A stretch of 64,000 nucleotides of DNA, from the IMG/VR virus record IMGVR_UViG_3300024327_000003, positions 10,682 to 74,681 of that record; one strand, given 5' to 3'. The position numbers and the translations under genes are program-made. This DNA is from a virus. Below, one piece after another: positions 31,401 through 39,003 of this stretch (positions are counted from its first letter, which is position 1; each line of letters opens with the position of its first letter). The notes beneath the pieces were generated by a model. The model saw only the letters and a program-made list of their open reading frames with translations. It was not told the DNA's origin and made no database searches.

Positions 31401-34400
31401 ATATACCTAGCGGGGTAGTAGTAGTTAGAAACTTAACTGCACAAAAAGCTTATGAATGGGCATATGATTTTTCAGCGCTATTAGCTGAAGCAAATATAGA
31501 TACTGCTGGCATAAAAACTAGAAAAGATATAGATAGAGTTACTCCAATTTGGAGATTTGCCCGAAATGCTCTTATGGCAGATGACGTTGATACCGCAAAA
31601 AGAGAATTTCTAAAAGAACATTCAACTACGGATCCAGATAGCTTAAATCAATTTGCTTCATTAGATAATCTGAAAAGAGACAATGAAGTTACGATTATGA
31701 ATAAAGACGTTAATGGCAGTAATCTTATTTCTTTATTCGATACATTTGCTGAATTCTCTGCTAATTATTATGCCTCCACAGAGGATATGAATGCCCATAC
31801 GCTAGTATTAAATAGAATAATGAATATGCTAGCTAAAGGCATGGATGCAACTACCCAGATTAATTTAACTGTCGAAGAAATTGATGGAATTACCCAGGGT
31901 AATTACGACTTAGCTCGTGATGCTGTAAGGCTCTCACTTAGCCGGCAGCCTCCAGTATCTGCTAATGGACAGTCACCTCAGGAAGTGTATACACATGAAA
32001 TGGTGCATGCAATGGTAGCTGCTGCATTAGCTAGCGAGCCTTTGCTTGCTAGACGAGTTGAACAGCTATATAACCAGACTTTACATGAAATAGGTCCTGT
32101 CAGTAAAGGACATTTAATCTTCCTGGAAGGCATTACAAATCCTTCTGCAGAGGATGTTATTGCAGCCAAGCGACAGTATAATTATCTTTTCGATAATCCT
32201 ACAAAAGAAGCAAATAGATTACATGAATTTTTAGCTTACGCTGTAACTAATAAATCTCTTATTAAATATCTATCTGGTACTAATATTAAATTACCGGTAC
32301 GAAATAAAGGGCTATTAGGTAAATTATTGCATTTGGTTGATCTTATTGTTGATGAGTTTAAAGCACTTATTAATCGTAAATTTCATAAGAGACAAGGACG
32401 AGCCAATTCTTTTGAAGAAATGATAGCAGTAACTGAACAGTTAATAGCTATTCAGAGTAAACATGAAAGCATTCTTCGAAAAGAGATTACTAAAATATAC
32501 ACTCATCTCTCTGATACTGATCAGAAAATTAGAAATTATGCTGAAGAACAGGGACTTAAATTAATTCAATTAGAGTCTGTGGGAATATTTAAACAAGTAG
32601 TAAGCGATCTTGCCAGTGTAGGTGCTCTCACTATGAGTGATTCTGCCAGTGCTCATAACGCAAGACAACATATGTTTCTGACTCTTAATAAAACATTAAG
32701 ATCTATAGCTAATGAAGTAGGTAGAGGTTCTCTATCTAAAATAATGATTGATAGATTATTACATGCTAAAGTTAATATTTCTAAAGCTCGACAAGAAGCA
32801 GAGAGATTTACTACTAACTGGTTTAATGGTATTTGGAAAACAGTAAAACCAAGTGATCCGCATGGTATGACAGTAGATATGAGAGAAGCTTTAACTGACG
32901 TATTGCTTAGAGCAGATATTTCTAGTTTAAAACTTATAGGGTTATCTTCTCGAGCCATTGTACGTTTAATTGGCGCTGATAGAATAAGTAGGCAAGCAAT
33001 ATTAAAAGAACAGGCAGCTATCTTAACTAAATTGAATATTGCACGTTCACATAGAGCAATCAAATACGCTGATGAACTTGGGTATCACATCAGCACAGGC
33101 AATACTAAATTACATGGCGCATACCAAAATGCTTATAGTCTTGCTATTGGTGAACTTGATAATCCTACTGCTGAGCAAGTACAATTATTAGATGCGTATG
33201 CTTCGTTAGCTGCATTAAATTATGCTGATCCTCGAAAACTGGAACAAGTAAAAACTTTAGCCAATAACGAAATGGAAGCAAATTCTAAAGATAATGGCAT
33301 TGTAGATATGATAGATAGCCATCTTCTATTTAAGCGCAATTCGTTAGAACATTTGTTTAAGAGCAATCCTACACAAATGGTTAAAGGATATATTATCGAA
33401 CGAGTAGATAATTTTACTAGTATGAGAACAGGTTTCTCTACACAAGAAAAACAAATGAGTAAGGAAGGGTACACTGAAGCTTATTCATTGGGAGAGATTT
33501 TAGGTATTCCTCAGGCTCATGATACTTTATATATTACCCGGACCACTCCTGAAGTTCCTGATGCGTCTGGTGTCGTATCAACTACAAATCAGAGAAATAT
33601 GGGTACCACGCTAACTGAAATCTTAGCTAAGCATAAGGGTTTTCAGGACAGCAACGGTAATCCTGACTTTTTTAAAATAGAAAGAAAAGTTGCAGCATTT
33701 CATCAAACACAATTAGCAGAAGGTAAAGTATTAATTGAAAATAAAAAAATAAAACTTCGTCCTCTTCGAGATGATCAAAATAAAATTGTTGATTATCGCG
33801 TAATGATGGGTAATGAAACTAAAAAACAATTACTACGCCCAGATCTAGAAATACAAAATGTATTTGCTCATATGCATTCCGTGTATATTGATCGTAAAAA
33901 TACAATTGATAATGATTTAGAAGTAGTAAAGCTTTTAGTTCATGAACAAAGCGATATGCATAAATCGCATCCAGATATATTTATTGATTTTATAAATGAT
34001 CCTAATTATGTAGATCGATTTAGAAAACTCCCAAAAGAAGTACGTGACTATATGAAGTCTTTTGCTGTAAATGGAAAATTTATGGTTAGGGAGGATATAG
34101 TAGATAAAGTATTTGGATATAAAGTATGGGATTTTAGTCAATTTAAGTTTTTGCAAGGCGAGTCAATGGGGAGAGTTAAAAGATACGTAGGTATCTTTCA
34201 TTATATACTTAGGCAAATTGTAGGTTACGGTAAGGACCGTATTGTTGTAGCAATGCCTAAGGTAGTTTTTGGTAATATGATTTCAAACATTGCTCAATTA
34301 AGCATGCGAAACATCCCTATAACTTTTACTATCCGTAAAATACTAGAAGGATTTCATGAATACCAAAGATACCGAAAAGATACTGATGCACGTACATCAC

Positions 34401-35113
34401 TATTACATAGAATTGGGTCTAAGCAATTAGGAGCTAATAGCCCAGAAGCTATAAAAGCTGAGCAACTAAAAGTAAGAATTGAGAATAATAAAATTCATAG
34501 AATGACTGCAGCAGGACTTAATTCACTTATTGTGGAAGACGTCAACGAAGCTCAAATTGATGGATTTTTTAATCGTATTAAACGTACTCTTAAAGTAGAT
34601 AAAACATTTTCAGAGTTTGCTGATAGGGTTCCTAATTCAGTAAGTGAAACTGCTGCTATTATGTTTATGACTAAGACCAGTGCACCATATCAACTGGCTA
34701 GACAAATGGTACAGCTTACCGATTTCTTAGGTAGATATGTAATGATTGAACATCTTACTACTGTAGAAAATAAAGACTTTGAAGTAGCTATGCATGAATC
34801 ATTAGATGCATTTGTATTATTTGATGAGGCGTTAACACCTGCTTTAGAAGCAATAGATGCAGTCGGAGCTACCTCATTTATTTCTTATTTCATGCGTAAT
34901 CAAAGAGCCGCTAGAAGGTTAGCTCAAACTAATCCTACTGGAGTAGGTTTATCTGCTGCAATCCAAGGTCTTACTGGAATACCTACTTTAGGTAATGTAA
35001 ATGCTGCATGGCTTAGCGGGGATATATCTCCTAATATGCTTCAGTTCGATGATCTGCTTGATGAAGCCAATAACGTATCTTTATTAGAAGCACTAAAAGA
35101 TATATTTGGTTAA
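22487..35113 (+). CDS. virion-encapsidated RNA polymerase (N4 gp50-like), 4208 aa
   Basis: No Cys seen; GNINPQQSK..R, motif A EIDGISNG (~29570), motif B RDLVKYPFLIFMYGGG (~29880), motif C LHDA (~30720); C-terminal HEMVH domain. Confidence 0.93.
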   Translation: MNFDERLLAVRDQVLSKKAETATLVADAKNSFLPSSQLADADLFRQTAQDVDTDLFREVTPGSTEIFKEVGEEATSLKANSPIVSQEGPISLHEDGTYSVTTAEGVFIPGLTELNAREFAGYNQENARAVKAGAPTDFLGTKANAIVQTTIDLGAQAASAFTTDPENLKAIKDFSANLKTKVPVNRKEQVAAHTAFTTIAKNSGNWEATKNALFNDLGTLISQGIDSVPYMVAFTIGGPVAQTAILTSLAIGKGNQAIEEFTEKNGRRPTEKEATRIKLWSAVGTVAEKYGDMAAVKAIPGRLAWIKQVQKTVKEVTPPSILSLTVLRPARGLAGEGLSGGITSATEQLAAEGEITDTAAITYDALAEAAGTPGGVATIVAGLTGVHASIKLTERLADAAISPSSKTKIKESIEKEIAGIKAILAGQETIKFGNTEEGDKYIKKLAEIEVTLAAANIDIDGNFDKEKADTENAIFNGMYMAYKEANPLSSNEEANVETRKQLRKEIAALEAHKKEVTEKLDTPLSGDETVDHIKELEDTKVFLEGLLEKGDFSDKTITKDLKDAKETIKPSKENTEIEDDEFNTIIKDANKSTTQKTIESLTKVSKRVLSASQKAALVISNNKLIKKLTDKVGTVLDVVDKVSFFGSIGPTIAEIQTAIDTAKNDHDRVLLQAQLDALKIEEQLDTKSVDKTMAEVHDEVEEGTSQRWRGIKSYQDEILDIINSDMHYQLAQQKITVLEQRLKVHADNLQNKADKFAEAHKLALADPQGRSIRVVSRSDKKARGERAVRYEIPKGDDKYVTEKNKKAPFTTIIHKKSNTLITVVTKEASYGQLTTQVVKGHKTTSFHKNAQQLKRDKANAAAQLAKAKSIEGNIKTVADPATQKDINKLKNPEGKTSPKADPVEASAQPEPTQGSDKTTKSDVFHSNSPGVKRAFDIFDIEKLQEQIKRLEKILANPETIKANSEHTAAERIAQAKLNLEAAKIQLEYLQEGQEKGLASPESIRFIVVKTDQLKAQLAKLKSGTKAHTAKAAELKEANDALTALIDKDVETELDLKEEENAKKSKTGTTGQAPGSGKETSSTTVPPKRSGQNRNNERGKPQAAPTKKKKVPSDSPIKVGDKVQWTLRGVDQFKEPTTVLKIYPLTPDGFTYVKLEGTNTGALITELTVVDSTKQTIPKTFEFTKDESFALADPENGYSPEDIQRLLDDPVFAAEALAEAKPTPLTAEEQAAEDLEREENDDFGITEDFADGGDTVKIVAALERLQASRQAPSTNKLTKTLLKGFKTTDVALQWLIDNAVNPEFKGVAKQLLGTVGKLEVRFSEKRPDSALGSTIVTVDGVEVQRDIEPTGTSTSVTEFIGIVIYANALDNKVLTTEEVLLHELIHVAVRNTFTNPITKAQKAAVKELHKINSLLRVEFDAIEHGGRDPERAFGGKLTKKEINILEKLVNQTPEEFITYGLTNKLYQNILKKLPPQYEYGETPKNKPSSLWSQFVSVVRIVLNIPEHQHTLLTQILEASSDLILIADVIIPSNESFEDVDLDAIFGAEGNFGDFENEFAGESAEEQTPKEFLEADANREQTAEIEEIDDLAPSDVTDRFIPIEELSKQALYLVFPEVITRNGKLKIKEQANLTGPQRKQFGLILNQLASLFDLDVIKNRKKDFPALLDALKDLGDTKNFIEVTKDTLPIVITDEQLTENKTKALPGRKRAAQKKGEKAPTLEELKADSGDSALGILSKKFAELVQVRVNKKGKEATGIFALPDVVFKSDAMLQRALITLGLSRPAAVQMTIEYNRFAKKYQDIKLTETFSTGIPAARKPLSLLHRGEEGLPPQIIFAMAIGSMQMISRNPTNIAFRSGFAKSEFLYNTYTDLTGEESEQLDEVGSGYNNTAESTGKSIAALLKITSVDVETSGYFDHLEIALGLAAIQIEHGPSTKLNKLTFEERSKLPDSRYHVASHIWNFKQVPYNADRKFNSKITQEIADELNKDVTKPKNLKYHSQTTYPTVASLQAVMQQLRNKLSKDKTALKAIMADMAILRAELNYRSKTVGLRDATEYKHIQIHTPRVTTISEDGTKEHKETPFEFSDKEAAALKETEEAFGIQSHNKFPLQKPSKNIVTEVRNSNGKVPEEVTETLTGMHNNAWTKAQAMDMLSLVAEIPGLRAVIDTLAGVVKIHKRAHEAVKLSDSASNANKTIALDEVLEANKPENNKLEKFFFTYRLQNQLRILMDGNINPQQSKVTRQLLRSDDKVTVYTKDNIHLFKQSVASHLGVKIDKQNLAASEAEFDTIVNDPHVQRAVIILANLGKNPKKDKKLKTLLPKIQNKFGGDISIFAALVALTNYMPDGKPPTEVSESFSSDTLLEIDGISNGFAQNVGQFPNLYGEEFNEQVQNQVGIYKGKEGDEIHHNTDALDIYHTLVEKVIEGEDADIAAEYARKRNQFFNEDAYKNKDTALKAIYKQLRDENSRDLVKYPFLIFMYGGGIKSISEGVAKLIVGEIYQQLSALNIKYQDLVEDKTLTEAQKAPLLVAEIKKIRKLADHLETIGAFKFNKGKTDRFQSRDDFVRSIVKGTSQTKYLNDSFLITNVGEVLAPRFHHGLTGMLGGTQQARDAVIQSGEILHAAFMVHFEKAYAEKLGKRSSLSKKEIDALIEEQLLDVFPQYKGPLMTKEERAFVDLTKRALSQAISNEEVSKFAFTNEKGTPSDVGGSPRQSVFVSPGVSALIRLIINMDSAILTKVLAKFPNALALHDAIMANPSILEDVSNEYGNVFNELHKNHSILQTISDQVDTVIKITEAKDKANGNRALMQALNTWLITEGHQNQFARKTEDIQDLNAFRANIAEALAIVTEGRAERQKEVSKAGGKVFNHQLFLARKESKKAKKNTKPKVKKKKVTLETELEKKVVISVKRAKRPKMTETIDIIVTPTDSDTIPSVLHGGKDVPAIILGNFAVHKGQPDSGKNKDIFGKGKTSQVTHIPSGVVVVRNLTAQKAYEWAYDFSALLAEANIDTAGIKTRKDIDRVTPIWRFARNALMADDVDTAKREFLKEHSTTDPDSLNQFASLDNLKRDNEVTIMNKDVNGSNLISLFDTFAEFSANYYASTEDMNAHTLVLNRIMNMLAKGMDATTQINLTVEEIDGITQGNYDLARDAVRLSLSRQPPVSANGQSPQEVYTHEMVHAMVAAALASEPLLARRVEQLYNQTLHEIGPVSKGHLIFLEGITNPSAEDVIAAKRQYNYLFDNPTKEANRLHEFLAYAVTNKSLIKYLSGTNIKLPVRNKGLLGKLLHLVDLIVDEFKALINRKFHKRQGRANSFEEMIAVTEQLIAIQSKHESILRKEITKIYTHLSDTDQKIRNYAEEQGLKLIQLESVGIFKQVVSDLASVGALTMSDSASAHNARQHMFLTLNKTLRSIANEVGRGSLSKIMIDRLLHAKVNISKARQEAERFTTNWFNGIWKTVKPSDPHGMTVDMREALTDVLLRADISSLKLIGLSSRAIVRLIGADRISRQAILKEQAAILTKLNIARSHRAIKYADELGYHISTGNTKLHGAYQNAYSLAIGELDNPTAEQVQLLDAYASLAALNYADPRKLEQVKTLANNEMEANSKDNGIVDMIDSHLLFKRNSLEHLFKSNPTQMVKGYIIERVDNFTSMRTGFSTQEKQMSKEGYTEAYSLGEILGIPQAHDTLYITRTTPEVPDASGVVSTTNQRNMGTTLTEILAKHKGFQDSNGNPDFFKIERKVAAFHQTQLAEGKVLIENKKIKLRPLRDDQNKIVDYRVMMGNETKKQLLRPDLEIQNVFAHMHSVYIDRKNTIDNDLEVVKLLVHEQSDMHKSHPDIFIDFINDPNYVDRFRKLPKEVRDYMKSFAVNGKFMVREDIVDKVFGYKVWDFSQFKFLQGESMGRVKRYVGIFHYILRQIVGYGKDRIVVAMPKVVFGNMISNIAQLSMRNIPITFTIRKILEGFHEYQRYRKDTDARTSLLHRIGSKQLGANSPEAIKAEQLKVRIENNKIHRMTAAGLNSLIVEDVNEAQIDGFFNRIKRTLKVDKTFSEFADRVPNSVSETAAIMFMTKTSAPYQLARQMVQLTDFLGRYVMIEHLTTVENKDFEVAMHESLDAFVLFDEALTPALEAIDAVGATSFISYFMRNQRAARRLAQTNPTGVGLSAAIQGLTGIPTLGNVNAAWLSGDISPNMLQFDDLLDEANNVSLLEALKDIFG

Positions 35114-35280
35114 TTCTCTTCTATTGATGACTTAATCACATAATATATAACAAGAATTAATATGGCAAAAATTGCTACTGGAATAGTTAAAAATATAATA
35201 ATAAGAGCAGCAATAATTGTCGCTATTAATCCTATTGCCCATAAAATACTTTTAGTCGTTAACCAGAATTTTTTGAACAT
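35110..35280 (-). CDS. 56-aa hydrophobic membrane protein (not in ORF track)
   Basis: MFKKFWLTTKSILWAIGLIATIIAALIIIFLTIPVAIFAILILVIYYVIKSSIEEN*; converges on the vRNAP stop. Confidence 0.6.
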   Translation of the reverse strand: MFKKFWLTTKSILWAIGLIATIIAALIIIFLTIPVAIFAILILVIYYVIKSSIEEN

Positions 35281-35311
35281 ATAGTTACCAGTGTTTATCC
35301 ATCCAGGCGAA

Positions 35312-35878
35312 TCACGAGAATAGAGAGTCAGTATTTAGCTTCTCAGTCGTTGGTATTGAGGGCTCTTCAGAAGCTGGAAGTTGTTCTTCTCCATTTACGA
35401 ATACTTTGCCACCAGGTTCTTCAGCTGCAGCTTCTTCTGCGAGCTCCTTAGAGGCTGCATCCATGCCCTGTTTAGCCATCTCATCAATACGTACCTTTTT
35501 AAGGGTATCTTGCTTAGCTTTTTCCTCAGCAGTTTCGTCTATTTCGACATGCGCTTTAGCTTCTCCTTTCTCCTCAGGAGTTAGATTCCTGCCTAATTTA
35601 AGTTCTAAATCATGTAGAGCTATTTGTTCAGGATTTCTACGTGTACCAGGTCTAGGGCCAAATTCCCATGTAATATTACTGGGTGCCTTATTGATTGCAG
35701 GTTTAGTAGTTGATGCTGCTGGAGTATGTTGCTGTTGACCAGTTGTAGCAACTGTAATAGTTTTTCTTGGTTCTGGATCAGATACAATTTCTATCTCTGT
35801 ACCAAAATCTATTTTTTCTAGAAGAATTTTACGAATTTCTTCCCGAAGAACTTGTTCGATATTAATTGTGATCTCCAT
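35312..35878 (-). CDS. hypothetical protein (acidic, low complexity)
   Basis: ORF with AAGGA RBS; ends ...SLFS like the neighbouring SSB tail. Confidence 0.6.
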   Translation of the reverse strand: MEITINIEQVLREEIRKILLEKIDFGTEIEIVSDPEPRKTITVATTGQQQHTPAASTTKPAINKAPSNITWEFGPRPGTRRNPEQIALHDLELKLGRNLTPEEKGEAKAHVEIDETAEEKAKQDTLKKVRIDEMAKQGMDAASKELAEEAAAEEPGGKVFVNGEEQLPASEEPSIPTTEKLNTDSLFS

Positions 35879-35888
35879 ATTTTATTCC

Positions 35889-36347
35889 TTATATGTTGGA
35901 TAGCCCATAATGAGCTATCATTAATGCATCAGATCGGCCATCAATTAGGCCACCTTTAGGTCCACGAATATTAGCTGCAGGATATATTGTTGAAGCCACT
36001 TGAGCAACTTGCTTCTTAATCATAGATCCTTTAGCTGTGATTCCTATATGTTTTTGCCACACTCTAGGGACGACTGATTTAGGTAGCAATCCCTTGGTAC
36101 CAATTTCACATATACTCATTGCAATTCCATAGCTGCGACCAAATCCAAAACTAGATTTAGCAGCCATACCAGGAAAAGCATGTATCTTCTCTAACCAAAT
36201 TACATTTACATTTTGATCATGCAACCATTTAGCTGCATCATAAATAGTGTTTAGATGGAAATCGAACAGGGCAATATGTGCTGGATCATTAGAATCCAGC
36301 ACACACATTGCCCCTCGAGTTCCTGGATCCATTCCACAGACTCGCAT
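35889..36347 (-). CDS. RuvC-like Holliday junction resolvase
   Basis: CGMDPGTRGA, LEKIHA, SSFGFG.SYG, P.VWQK, DGRSDALMIAHYG. Confidence 0.85.
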   Translation of the reverse strand: MRVCGMDPGTRGAMCVLDSNDPAHIALFDFHLNTIYDAAKWLHDQNVNVIWLEKIHAFPGMAAKSSFGFGRSYGIAMSICEIGTKGLLPKSVVPRVWQKHIGITAKGSMIKKQVAQVASTIYPAANIRGPKGGLIDGRSDALMIAHYGLSNI

Positions 36348-37099
36348 TAGTTAAATAACGAGCTTGCAGCGTTACCGGCTACGTTTTCAGGAGATGCAGT
36401 ATTTGATTGTCCACCTCCCATGATGTCAGCAGCAGAAGCTGCACCAGCATTCTTGGTAGTTTTGTCAATAACATTGCCGGTATTCTTCTCGGCCCATTTA
36501 GTGAACATTTCGGCAGGCTTATCCCCCAGAATTTCTTCTGTAGTTTTGCCTTCGATATTACCAAAGAATTTACACTCGTTAATTGTACGAGATTCACCAG
36601 TCGATTCATACTGACCAGCTGCATTCTTCTTTTGCTTATCTTCGGTAACCTGGTGAACAGCTACCTTAACTGCTTTGTTAAGCAAATTTGCCAATACAGG
36701 ACGTTCAGTTGGAACCTCTTCTTTCTTATCATAATCGTAAATCTTGACCATTTTCTTTTCAGCTGTATCCATACACTTAGATAAGCTGAGTCCTGTAGCA
36801 GCTACGCACATAGAGTTAGCAACTGAATAACCAGGAAGTGGATAATTCTTACTATCTTTTGTGTAGTAGGTTTTGTTACCTTTTGCAGTACCAGATTTAA
36901 TCCAAAAGGATTCTTTCAGTTCCTTACCTGCAGAATTTTGCAAAACAACATTAAAGCTTACTGCTTTAGAGTCGGCTTGATTCAGATATACCATGGTAAT
37001 ATTGGCATCATAGACCCCAGATTCCCAAGCAAAACCTCCACCTAATCGTTCGATAGATTGTTTCTCAGTACCTGTAGGCAATTCCCATTCTTCACTCAT
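36347..37099 (-). CDS. single-stranded DNA-binding protein (N4 gp45-like)
   Basis: LGGG...ESGVY, YPLPGY..ANS, YDY..K.EVP, GESR..NE..KFF, C-terminal SLF. Confidence 0.85.
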   Translation of the reverse strand: MSEEWELPTGTEKQSIERLGGGFAWESGVYDANITMVYLNQADSKAVSFNVVLQNSAGKELKESFWIKSGTAKGNKTYYTKDSKNYPLPGYSVANSMCVAATGLSLSKCMDTAEKKMVKIYDYDKKEEVPTERPVLANLLNKAVKVAVHQVTEDKQKKNAAGQYESTGESRTINECKFFGNIEGKTTEEILGDKPAEMFTKWAEKNTGNVIDKTTKNAGAASAADIMGGGQSNTASPENVAGNAASSLFN

Positions 37100-37133
37100 A
37101 ATTTTTTATCCTTCTGTTACGGGGTTATTAAAA

Positions 37134-37337
37134 TCACTTTCTATTAGCTAAATCAATCGGTACTTGTTTTTTGGCATTTTCTATATAGCCATCCAAGATA
37201 TGAGTAAAATCTCTAAGAGTCATACCAGGTTTTTGTGCTATAGCTTGAGCAGCAAGTTCTTGAACTACTGCAATGCCGAACTCTGTACCAGCGAATACTA
37301 GATTCTGAGTAAGAGTAGTTTCTAATTCTTTTTTCAT
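37134..37337 (-). CDS. hypothetical protein
   Basis: ORF coupled to dCMP deaminase; GGAGG RBS. Confidence 0.55.
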   Translation of the reverse strand: MKKELETTLTQNLVFAGTEFGIAVVQELAAQAIAQKPGMTLRDFTHILDGYIENAKKQVPIDLANRK

Positions 37338-37789
37338 GTGCCCTCCAGAGTTAATCCAACTATAGATATATTGGCTTCCTTAAACATTAGTGTGGCTTCT
37401 TCGCTATTATGCCGTGCCATATCATCATCTGTTTGTTCATAGATGATATGTTTAATTCCTGCTTGAATTATAATACCGGCACAATCAGCACAAGGATGGT
37501 GAGTAATAGCTAGAGCACTGCCACTTGTACTGATCCCCTGGTTAGCAGCTTCGACAATAGCATTAGCTTCAGCATGTACAACACGGGGATATTTACGAGT
37601 TTTATCTTCATAGAGATCTGGTTTATCTGAAGTATTTCTGGGAAATCCATTATAGCCAGTAGTGATAATAGTTTTCCTAAATGGATTGAAAATTACTGCA
37701 CCAACTTTAGTAGAGGGATCCTTAGAAAACGTAGCTATTAATTTAGCCATCTTTAACATTCTAGATTCCCACTTATTTGCCATTTCCAT
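37334..37789 (-). CDS. dCMP deaminase
   Basis: SKDPSTKVGA, GYNGFPR, HAEANA, PCADC. Confidence 0.92.
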   Translation of the reverse strand: MEMANKWESRMLKMAKLIATFSKDPSTKVGAVIFNPFRKTIITTGYNGFPRNTSDKPDLYEDKTRKYPRVVHAEANAIVEAANQGISTSGSALAITHHPCADCAGIIIQAGIKHIIYEQTDDDMARHNSEEATLMFKEANISIVGLTLEGT

Positions 37790-37814
37790 TTAGATACCCT
37801 TGGTAAGTTATTGA

Positions 37815-38050
37815 ACTGAGGTAACGATAAACAGGACAGAGGGAGATTAATATCCTATATTGTGTATTGTTACCCCAGTCCTAAAGAAAGACGCCCTCCC
37901 TGGGAGTGTGAGCCAGGGAGGACTAGAGTTTTATAACCCTTCGGTTAAGATAGGCCCCGTAGAAGGAGGTTTGCCTTCATAAGGAAAGGCCAATACAGTC
38001 CTATCCCGCATTAGATTTATTTAACGTCGCTCTTATAATGCGATACGAGC
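37815..38050. ncRNA. candidate structured RNA/regulatory element
   Basis: ORF-free stretch with four or five stems and a possible pseudoknot (see findings). Confidence 0.4.
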
Positions 38051-38093
38051 CACGCTAATTATACCTAAATAGGGAATATTCTTCTACCTATAA

Positions 38094-38828
38094 TTATACA
38101 CAATAGTAATCAGTTAAACGTTGAATAACGAGTTGAACGTTATTATCGATATATGTTTCTTTTGGAGTCCACATTCCCATAGGAGCTCTAATACGCTCAT
38201 TAACCGTTTCTTTAGTCAATGTGGTTTGAAATACATATTTGAATCCTAAAGCTTCTTCTTGCGGAGTAACTTGAAATAATGGCGAATCAGCATTATCTTT
38301 AGTAAATTTAGCTAAAGCAAGTTTCTTAGATGAAATAACGTTAGTGAAATAACTTTCAATACCGTTATTCATCAATGAGCCTTTAACTTTAACAAGAGTC
38401 TCGGTCACCATTTCAGTCTCATTAAACAGATCTGCACTATGAGCTAAAAAAATTACATTCTTTGTTGATTTAGCTACTTTATCAGACATTAGTCTTTTAA
38501 AGAACTGAGCATAATTACCCCATGCTTTTCTACTTTCTTTTTCTCCTACAGTTAATACACGCGTAGTTTCATACAAATCTAGCATGTAAGTTAGGGTATC
38601 GATAATAATAGTATGAATGTCTTTTCGTTCTTCTGCTTGATCAAATGCTTGGTATATTACAGCGCAATCAGTAATAACAAGATTTTTAAAATCATTTTTA
38701 AATGGCAGTTTTTTACCCATATCGCAATTTAGGTAAACGACTCCTGGTTGATTTTGTATATCTCTTAAACTGGCACTTTTACCCGTTGCGGATTTCCCAC
38801 TGATCAATACCAAATGATCATTTGTCAT
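38094..38828 (-). CDS. AAA_24/Sak4-like ATPase (N4 gp44-like)
   Basis: GKSATGKS Walker A, IIIDTLT Walker B, VKGSL..NGIESYF, ERIRAPMG. Confidence 0.85.
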   Translation of the reverse strand: MTNDHLVLISGKSATGKSASLRDIQNQPGVVYLNCDMGKKLPFKNDFKNLVITDCAVIYQAFDQAEERKDIHTIIIDTLTYMLDLYETTRVLTVGEKESRKAWGNYAQFFKRLMSDKVAKSTKNVIFLAHSADLFNETEMVTETLVKVKGSLMNNGIESYFTNVISSKKLALAKFTKDNADSPLFQVTPQEEALGFKYVFQTTLTKETVNERIRAPMGMWTPKETYIDNNVQLVIQRLTDYYCV

Positions 38829-39003
38829 AATAAGTATTCTCCTTATGAATGATTTTATAGTTAGAAACGCAAAGCGGATTACAGAAGTAATATACTCCTA
38901 TTTTCCAATAACCAACGTAGGCAGGAACTATTCGTCCTTGTATTAGCTGTGACCATTGACCATACCAAGGCTTATTACATTGCCGGCATCGGTAAATAAT
39001 CAT
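38818..39003 (-). CDS. small Cys-containing hypothetical protein
   Basis: CRQC...FCNPLC; coupled to neighbouring genes. Confidence 0.5.
   Translation of the reverse strand: MIIYRCRQCNKPWYGQWSQLIQGRIVPAYVGYWKIGVYYFCNPLCVSNYKIIHKENTYYDK

Noticed and set aside
22557-34156. Many antisense and alternate-frame ORFs over vRNAP and other long genes
   Set aside because: They look like shadows of codon bias, with no RBS or motifs, and lie wholly within well-supported genes
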